Virus record (IMG/VR): IMGVR_UViG_2881096153_000005
Span: 1 to 64,000 of that record
Direction: 5' to 3' (one strand)
Length of the DNA: 64,000 bases
DNA from: a virus
Lineage: Duplodnaviria > Caudoviricetes
Part shown: one piece after another, positions 58,488 through 64,000 of the stretch
Layout: each line of letters opens with the position of its first letter
How positions within the stretch are numbered: position 1 is the stretch's first letter
Program-made: the position numbers and the translations under genes
The notes under the pieces: model-generated
The model's database searches: none
The model's input: only the letters and a program-made list of their open reading frames with translations
What the model was told of the DNA's origin: nothing

Positions 58488-59110
58488 TGGCCATTGAAGA
58501 AGAAATCCTGCGGAAGTTCGAAAACGAAGTCGTTGAAGTCTGCGACCACATTTTCACAGAGGGGGTGCGGCAGATGCGTACCTCGATGGAAAACGCTGGC
58601 CTGATCCTGACCGAGGAACTGAAACGCTCCATCTATTCCGAGCGAACCTTTGTGGCCGGACAACTGGAAGTACATTTCCGTATGGGCATGCGGGGTTATG
58701 GTCGATTTAAGGACATGCGAAAACTTTCCTTCGCCAACTTCCCGAAGGTCGATGCCCTGGTAGAGTTCGTGGAAGCGGTCGGTGTAGAGAAATTCATCAA
58801 CAATGAGTCTGTCACGATTAGTGGCAAGGATGTGACACTATTCGTGCCAGGCTATTACATCAACACGAAACGGCGTGCTGTGCCTACCGCTGAGCGTGCC
58901 AAAACCCGCATTGCCTACGCGATCGGGCGCAGCATGCAGCAAATGAATACCCTGAAACGCTCGAAAAACCCTTTCTATAATCTGAATAAGGCCGATATCT
59001 ACAATGATATTGCGAAATATCTGATGGAGAAACTGCCTCCTGAAATGATGCAGGCCTTGAAAGACTACTACGAAAAACCATTTTATGAGAAAGATGAATG
59101 GTGGGGCTGA
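58487..59110 (+). CDS. Phage tail-completion-like protein W'
   Basis: Paralogue of 6722-7252. Confidence 0.6.
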   Translation: MAIEEEILRKFENEVVEVCDHIFTEGVRQMRTSMENAGLILTEELKRSIYSERTFVAGQLEVHFRMGMRGYGRFKDMRKLSFANFPKVDALVEFVEAVGVEKFINNESVTISGKDVTLFVPGYYINTKRRAVPTAERAKTRIAYAIGRSMQQMNTLKRSKNPFYNLNKADIYNDIAKYLMEKLPPEMMQALKDYYEKPFYEKDEWWG

Positions 59111-59132
59111 GTAATTGAAAGATACGGTAGGC

Positions 59133-60386
59133 TTTAATTCACGATCATGACCTATATTGCAGTTCATCTGTAATAGTAGCATTAATCTTAAAATTTTCGA
59201 GTTCACCAGACCATGGCTAACATCAATTTAAGCAAAGCAAAAAATGCAAAAAACGACGAGTTCTACACACAATACCACGACATCGAAAAAGAAATCAACG
59301 CCTATCTTGATTTCGACCCCGATGTCTTTCGTGGCAAAACCATCCTACTGCCCTGCGACGATCCGGAATGGAGCAACTTCACCAAGTTCTTTGCCCAAAA
59401 CTTCGAGCGCTTTGGCATAAAGAAACTCATCAGTACCAGCTACGCCGTTGAAAGCAGGCATTACAAAACAGGGTATCAAATCACGATGTTTGAGCAAAAC
59501 GCCCCTCAATACGACAAAACCAAAGCCACAAAAAACGGAAAGATATTCACCCTTACCCGTGACCAATCAGGTGATAGTAAAGTGGATGTAAATGATCTGG
59601 TATGGCAATACCTGGATGGCGACGGCGATTTCAATAGTGAGGAGGTTAAGAAACTCCGCGATGAAGCCGATATCATCATTACCAATCCTCCCTTTTCTCT
59701 CTTTCGCGATTTTTTATCCTGGATTGTTAGGGCTGGAAAGCAGTTTGTGATTATCGGCAATATGAATGCCATTACCTACAAGGAAGTCTTTCCGCTGATT
59801 AAAAAGAATAAGATGTGGCTTGGTGCAACCGGTAATGGTAATGATATGGTTTTTGCAGTTCCAAAAGGGACAGAGGTTGATGAGAAGGATAAACAAAAGG
59901 CTGCTCGCTTGGGCTATGTAGGTGATTATACAAGACTTGGAAATTCCTGCTGGTTTACAACAATTGATCACGGCAGGCGTCACCAGCCGTTGCAACTAAT
60001 GACCATGGCAGATAACCTGAGGTTTAACAAGAAGTTAAAGGGAAAAGAAAAGTATGATCAGTACGACAACTACGATGCTATTGATGTACCCTTTACAGAC
60101 GCTATTCCAAATGACTTTGATGGAGTAATGGGTGTGCCGATAAGTTTCCTGGATAAATATTCCCCTGAGCAGTTTGAAATTGTAGGAATTACAGATAGAG
60201 AAGCTGACAATGCTTTTAGAACTAAGATTTATACTCGTAAGGATAGCTCAAAATTTAGTGATTTAAACAGACGGGCTACCATAAAAACTAACGATGAAAT
60301 TGTACCTGTATACGCACGCCTTTTAATCAAGAGTAAAAAGTTAACAGAATAAAATGAAAACCACCCTCAAAACCGATATCACCATA
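59133..60386 (+). repeat. 1254-bp tandem duplication unit (upstream region + MTase + first 33 nt of the nuclease gene)
   Basis: TTTAATTCACGATCATG... restarts at 60387; about the first 300 nt are near-identical between copies. Confidence 0.9.
59213..60352 (+). CDS. EcoRI-like adenine-specific methyltransferase, copy 1
   Basis: [42 protein letters not shown]. Confidence 0.88.
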   Translation: MANINLSKAKNAKNDEFYTQYHDIEKEINAYLDFDPDVFRGKTILLPCDDPEWSNFTKFFAQNFERFGIKKLISTSYAVESRHYKTGYQITMFEQNAPQYDKTKATKNGKIFTLTRDQSGDSKVDVNDLVWQYLDGDGDFNSEEVKKLRDEADIIITNPPFSLFRDFLSWIVRAGKQFVIIGNMNAITYKEVFPLIKKNKMWLGATGNGNDMVFAVPKGTEVDEKDKQKAARLGYVGDYTRLGNSCWFTTIDHGRRHQPLQLMTMADNLRFNKKLKGKEKYDQYDNYDAIDVPFTDAIPNDFDGVMGVPISFLDKYSPEQFEIVGITDREADNAFRTKIYTRKDSSKFSDLNRRATIKTNDEIVPVYARLLIKSKKLTE

Positions 60387-60473
60387 TTTAATTCACGATC
60401 ATGCCTATATTGCAGTTCATCTGTAATAGTAGCATTAATCTTAAAATTTTCGAGTTCACCAGACCATGGCTAA
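60354..60473 (+). pseudogene. Truncated nuclease start forming a 39-aa bridge ORF
   Basis: [11 protein letters not shown] matches the N-terminus of 61578-62741, then reads through the duplicated leader to TAA overlapping the MTase 2 ATG. Confidence 0.75.
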
Positions 60474-61581
60474 CATCAATTTAAGCAAAGCAAAAAATGC
60501 AAAAAACGACGAGTTCTACACACAATACCACGACATCGAAAAAGAAATCAACGCCTATCTTGATTTCGACCCTGATGTCTTCCGTGGCAAAACCATCCTA
60601 CTGCCTTGCGACGACCCCGAATGGAGCAACTTCACCAAGTTCTTTGCCCAAAACTTCGAGAGTATTGGCTTAAAGAAACTCATCAGTACCAGCTACGCCG
60701 TTGAAAGCAAGCATTACAAAACAGGCTATCAGGTTACCATGTTCGAAGAAAGCGCTCCGCAATTTGACAAAAGCAAGACTACCAAAAATGGTAAGATTTT
60801 TTCTCTTACTCATGATCTATTGGGTGATGGAAAAATTGATGTGAATGATCTGGAATGGCAGTATTTGAAAGGCGACGGCGATTTCAATAGTAAGGAGGTC
60901 AAAAAACTGCGCGATGAAGCCGATTTTATCATTACCAATCCACCTTTCTCTCTATTTCGAGATTTTTTATCCTGGATTGTAGAAGGTGATAAACAATTCG
61001 TAATTATTGGGAATATGAATGCCATTAAGTACAAAGAGGTATTTCCGCTAATAATGGAGAATAAAATGTGGCTTGGAAACGGGTTTCAAGCGGGTAATGC
61101 TTTCTTTTCCACACCATTTGCAGAAGAATACGGTGAGGGCGTTTATAATCAAGAAACCGGATTAGTAAAATTCAGAAATGTTTGTTGGTTCACTAACCTT
61201 GATCATGGCAGGCGCCATCAGCCTATGCAGTTAATGACATTAGCGGATAACCTGAGATTTAATAAGAAGGTTAAAAATAGTAGCGATGTCTATGAGCGTT
61301 ACGAGAATTATGATGCTATTGAAGTTCCATTTACTGACGCCATACCAAGTGATTACACTGGTTTAATGGGAGTTCCAATTAGTTTTCTGGATAAATATTC
61401 TCCTGAACAATTTGAAATAGTTTGGCAAGCAAGTGGTAACACCCGAGCGTCAGCTCCAAAAAAAGTTTTACAACAACTCGGGTATATTGTTCACCCGGAT
61501 GATAGAGGGGGATGCTCCATCGTCAATGGTAGAAGGACTTATGACAGGATCTTCATTAGACATAAAATTGCAAATAAATGA
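60466..61581 (+). CDS. EcoRI-like adenine-specific methyltransferase, copy 2
   Basis: Same core motifs as copy 1, unrelated variable segments. Confidence 0.88.
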   Translation: MANINLSKAKNAKNDEFYTQYHDIEKEINAYLDFDPDVFRGKTILLPCDDPEWSNFTKFFAQNFESIGLKKLISTSYAVESKHYKTGYQVTMFEESAPQFDKSKTTKNGKIFSLTHDLLGDGKIDVNDLEWQYLKGDGDFNSKEVKKLRDEADFIITNPPFSLFRDFLSWIVEGDKQFVIIGNMNAIKYKEVFPLIMENKMWLGNGFQAGNAFFSTPFAEEYGEGVYNQETGLVKFRNVCWFTNLDHGRRHQPMQLMTLADNLRFNKKVKNSSDVYERYENYDAIEVPFTDAIPSDYTGLMGVPISFLDKYSPEQFEIVWQASGNTRASAPKKVLQQLGYIVHPDDRGGCSIVNGRRTYDRIFIRHKIANK

Positions 61582-62741
61582 AAACCACCCTCAAAACTGA
61601 TATCACTGTTAAAGAAATCTGCGAAGGCTTTGTCTACAACGAATTGGAAGGCAAGGGCCTTTTTGGACTATCCGGCAAGCTCACCATCCAGCCCGAATAC
61701 CAGCGCAACTACATCTATGCTGATGGCAAAAGGGATGTAGCCGTGATCCAATCCATTCTCAAAGGCTACCCTTTGGGGTTGATCTACTTCAACAAAATTG
61801 ATGATGAAAATCTTGAAGTACTCGATGGGCAACAGCGTATTACCAGTATCGGCCGGTATGTTACCAATAAATTTGCGGTAAAGGATGAACACGGCATGGA
61901 GCAGTATTTTAGCAGTATCGCCGCCGAGAAGCGCCAGAAGATACTTGACGCCAAACTACTAATCTACGAGTGTGAAGGAGAAGAATTTGAGATAAAGGAA
62001 TGGTTTCGCACCATCAACATTGCTGGCGTTCCGCTGAACGAACAGGAGCTGAACAACGCGGTTTTTTCTGGCCCCTTTGTGACACTTTGCAAAGAGGAGT
62101 TCAGTAATTCACAAAACGCCATGAACCAAAAACGTGCGGCCTACATCAAGGGCACTGTCAATCGGCAAGACTATCTGGAATGTGCTCTTAACTGGGTAAG
62201 CAAAGGCAATATTGTAGATTACATGAGTCGTCATCGCTTTGACAATGATATCAGGGAGTTGAAAAATTATTTCAACAGTGTAATTGATTGGGCTTCCACA
62301 TTATTTATTGACGTAGAACGGGAAATGTGCGGGTTGGAGTGGGGCCGGTTATACGAAACCTACCACAAAAAAGCCTATGACCCCAAAAAGGTTTCTGCCG
62401 AAGTAAAAAAGCTTTATGGAGATCCATCGGTCAAAAGCCGTAAAGGAGTTTTTGAATATATCCTTGGTGGCTCGATTGATGCAAAATTACTTGACATTCG
62501 AATCTTTGAAGATTCGACAAAAAAAGCTGTCTACGCTCAGCAGAAAGCCAAAGCTGAAAAGAATGGCGTTTCCAACTGCCCCCTTTGCGCCATTGGCCAT
62601 GATGCCAACAAGACCAAGATTTGGAGCTTGGGCGATATGGATGCCGACCACGTGACCGCATGGAGCAAAGGTGGTTCTACTGATGCAAAAAACTGTGAAA
62701 TGCTGTGTAAAACTCATAACCGGGCAAAAGGCAACAGATAA
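61578..62741 (+). CDS. DUF262 (GmrS-like) + HNH endonuclease
   Basis: [20 protein letters not shown]...ADHV..WSKGG...NC..LC..HN..KG. Confidence 0.85.
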   Translation: MKTTLKTDITVKEICEGFVYNELEGKGLFGLSGKLTIQPEYQRNYIYADGKRDVAVIQSILKGYPLGLIYFNKIDDENLEVLDGQQRITSIGRYVTNKFAVKDEHGMEQYFSSIAAEKRQKILDAKLLIYECEGEEFEIKEWFRTINIAGVPLNEQELNNAVFSGPFVTLCKEEFSNSQNAMNQKRAAYIKGTVNRQDYLECALNWVSKGNIVDYMSRHRFDNDIRELKNYFNSVIDWASTLFIDVEREMCGLEWGRLYETYHKKAYDPKKVSAEVKKLYGDPSVKSRKGVFEYILGGSIDAKLLDIRIFEDSTKKAVYAQQKAKAEKNGVSNCPLCAIGHDANKTKIWSLGDMDADHVTAWSKGGSTDAKNCEMLCKTHNRAKGNR

Positions 62742-62756
62742 GCCACCATTTTTCTC

Positions 62757-62804
62757 GTCCTACTCCATACAAAAGGTACGCTGCAACTTAGTAGCGTACC
62801 TTTT
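62757..62804 (+). promoter_or_regulatory. GTCC late promoter overlapped by a 12-bp-stem terminator-like hairpin
   Basis: GTCC 62757, CAACTTAG 62784; AAAAGGTACGCT/AGCGTACCTTTT stem 62771-62804. Confidence 0.55.
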
Positions 62805-62814
62805 TCTGTATAAG

Positions 62815-64000
62815 ATGCAACAAGTTGAAAACTCGGTCTGGAATCTCGACATAAACGGGAAACCCGCCCTGAACGCACTCGGTGAACTCGAAAAGAAGCT
62901 CTACGAAACCAAGGAAGCCCAAAAGGAGCTAACCCGTGGTACCAAAGAATGGGCTGAATCGAAACAAGACATTAAGGCTCTCGAAGAAGAAATCAAGCAG
63001 GTCCGGGAGACGATGGGTCAGGCAGGCATGACCGTCCGACAATTGGAAGGCTATGCCCGACAGCTGGGCAAGGAAATTAAGGACCTTACGCCAGGTACCG
63101 ACGACTACATCAAAAAAACCGAGGAGCTCCAACAGGTCAATACCCGACTCGCATCGGTTAGAAGTGACGTCCGGGCCGTGGCCGAAGAAGGCGAGAAAAC
63201 CCAGGGCACCTGGGGCCGGATTAAGGAGTGGATCATTGGGGCGTTCGTGGTAACTGCTATTTACGAAGCCGGCCAAATGATCATGCGGTTTGTGGGTGAA
63301 GCCGTCGAGAATTTCACGAAGTACGACGCTGCCGCCAAAGAACTTTCTGCCAATACGAATATAATCGGCTCGGAACTTGAACTCCTGAAAACCAAGGCCA
63401 AAGAGTTGGGCCCGGAGGTAGGCAAAACCGCCGACGAAATGTTGGCCGCGTACCAGATGATGGGCTCCGCAAAATCGGACCTGACCGAAAACGCCGAAGC
63501 GCTGGCAGCTGTCACTAAAGAAGCCATTATCCTGAGTCAGGCCGGTAAGATCGAGCTCGCGCCGGCTACGGAACTGATGGCCGGAGCACTCAACCAATTC
63601 AACGCGCCGGCCTCGGATGCCGGTCGATTCATCAATGCCATCGCCGCAGGTGCGCAGGTTGGTTCTGCCGAAATTGTCGATATGACCGGAGCGCTTAAAG
63701 CCTCCGGTACCGTAGCCAATGCGGCGAATGTCTCTTTCGAGGAAACAAACGGTGCCCTGCAATCGCTCTCGACCATAAACATTAAAGGAGAGCAGGCCGG
63801 TACCATGTTCCGGAACATGCTTATCAAATTGATGTCATCGACCGAGGACCTGAACCCCCAGGTGGTGGGTTTGGAAAAATCGCTGGATAACCTGGCTGCC
63901 CAAAACTTAACTACCGCCGAGCTGGCAAAGATGTTCGGCACCGAAAACGTGGTGGCCGCTCAACACCTGATGACGCACCGGGGGCAGGTCGTAGAATTTA
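62815..64000 (+). CDS. Tape measure protein of prophage 2 (runs off the window; not in the ORF track)
   Basis: Open frame from ATG 62815 (MQQVENSVWNLDINGK...), coiled coils and a TP901-type core (ELELLKTKAKELG...). Confidence 0.88.
   Translation, partial: MQQVENSVWNLDINGKPALNALGELEKKLYETKEAQKELTRGTKEWAESKQDIKALEEEIKQVRETMGQAGMTVRQLEGYARQLGKEIKDLTPGTDDYIKKTEELQQVNTRLASVRSDVRAVAEEGEKTQGTWGRIKEWIIGAFVVTAIYEAGQMIMRFVGEAVENFTKYDAAAKELSANTNIIGSELELLKTKAKELGPEVGKTADEMLAAYQMMGSAKSDLTENAEALAAVTKEAIILSQAGKIELAPATELMAGALNQFNAPASDAGRFINAIAAGAQVGSAEIVDMTGALKASGTVANAANVSFEETNGALQSLSTINIKGEQAGTMFRNMLIKLMSSTEDLNPQVVGLEKSLDNLAAQNLTTAELAKMFGTENVVAAQHLMTHRGQVVEF

Larger units (their letters stand above)
28320..64000. 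mobile_element. Prophage 2 (right end outside window)
   Basis: cI/cro switch, replication, head, terminase, portal, tail genes and a second tape measure. Confidence 0.85.

Noticed and set aside
59133-61581. Diversity-generating retroelement (template/variable repeat)
   Set aside because: No reverse transcriptase in the window, and the differences are block replacements, not adenine-specific substitutions
62929-63941. 277-aa and 134-aa minus-strand ORFs
   Set aside because: Shadows of the plus-strand tape-measure gene, which the track missed because it has no stop inside the window

Overview
The whole window is temperate-phage DNA from a Bacteroidota host, probably Cytophagales-like, judged from TAnnTTTG promoters, absence of Shine-Dalgarno sites and the gene families. 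The best reading is two related siphovirus-like prophages in tandem. Prophage 1 (1-~28.33 kb, left end outside the window) runs: secreted glycoside-hydrolase-like gene, spanin/holin/endolysin, four tail-associated genes, an AT-rich defence island (Gabija, a 308-aa orphan, Type III R-M, SIR2-like gene, lipoproteins, resolvase with res site), tape measure, a tail protein, a moron and a tyrosine integrase. An attP-like junction with a tRNA-3'-like core lies at ~28.2-28.4 kb. Prophage 2 (~28.32 kb to beyond 64 kb) runs: cI/cro switch, early and replication genes, fibre, head genes, a ParB/glycosyltransferase/MTase cluster, terminase, portal and paralogues of the same four tail genes. These are followed by cargo at the same position (two EcoRI-like MTases plus one DUF262-HNH nuclease) and a second tape-measure gene. 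The most notable features the gene list does not explain are a c4/CI-like structured RNA, two anticodon-less tRNA-like units, a GTCC-N23-(-7) late-promoter motif with a repeat array, a repeated CAATTAAGCA pre-start motif, and the duplicated-MTase/single-nuclease cassette. All family calls come from motifs recognised by eye; no database searches were run.
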